From NCBI RefSeq assembly GCF_006345805.1, contig NC_043000.1, positions 372,001 to 436,000 on the forward strand: a stretch of DNA of 64,000 bases. The letters are read 5' to 3'. A model generated the notes under the pieces. The model had not been told where the DNA came from. It searched no databases and worked only from the letters and a program-made list of their open reading frames with translations. Source of the DNA: Octopus sinensis. Its lineage: Eukaryota. Each line of letters opens with the position of its first letter. Positions within the stretch are counted from its first letter, which is position 1. The translations under genes were made by a program, and so were the position numbers. Below are positions 63,894-64,000 of the stretch, piece by piece.

Positions 63894-64000
63894 ATGTTCA
63901 AATCTTCATGAATAATTCTGTATATAATTGCTACAACAACTCCAAATTGTTGGCTTATTGTCATTGTAGACAGACGAAGATCTTCATATAGAAAATAGTG

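Overview
AT-rich, repeat-saturated eukaryotic DNA. The SINE families, microsatellite load and LINE types look like octopus (coleoid cephalopod) intronic or intergenic sequence; the organism is inferred, not proven. No intact protein-coding gene is visible, and nearly all listed ORFs are microsatellite translations or transposon relics. The window holds four tRNA-headed SINE families that swap modules, relics of R4/Dong-type, L1/Tx1-type, CR1-group and Penelope-like retroelements, mariner, Tc1 and Chapaev-like transposase relics, non-autonomous Helitron, Tc2/pogo-type and hAT elements, three long palindromes, local duplications and a 100-N gap. The most interesting signal is about 12 type-I hammerhead-ribozyme motifs in four architectures. 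Eight belong to one ~200-bp non-coding element that moves on its own (one copy has a 13-bp target-site duplication), occurs once as a tandem dimer, and includes a subfamily with an altered catalytic core, which fits a retrozyme or non-autonomous Penelope-derived system. Weaker signals suggest small minus-strand exons of a large-intron host gene and a nuclear-receptor DR1 site.
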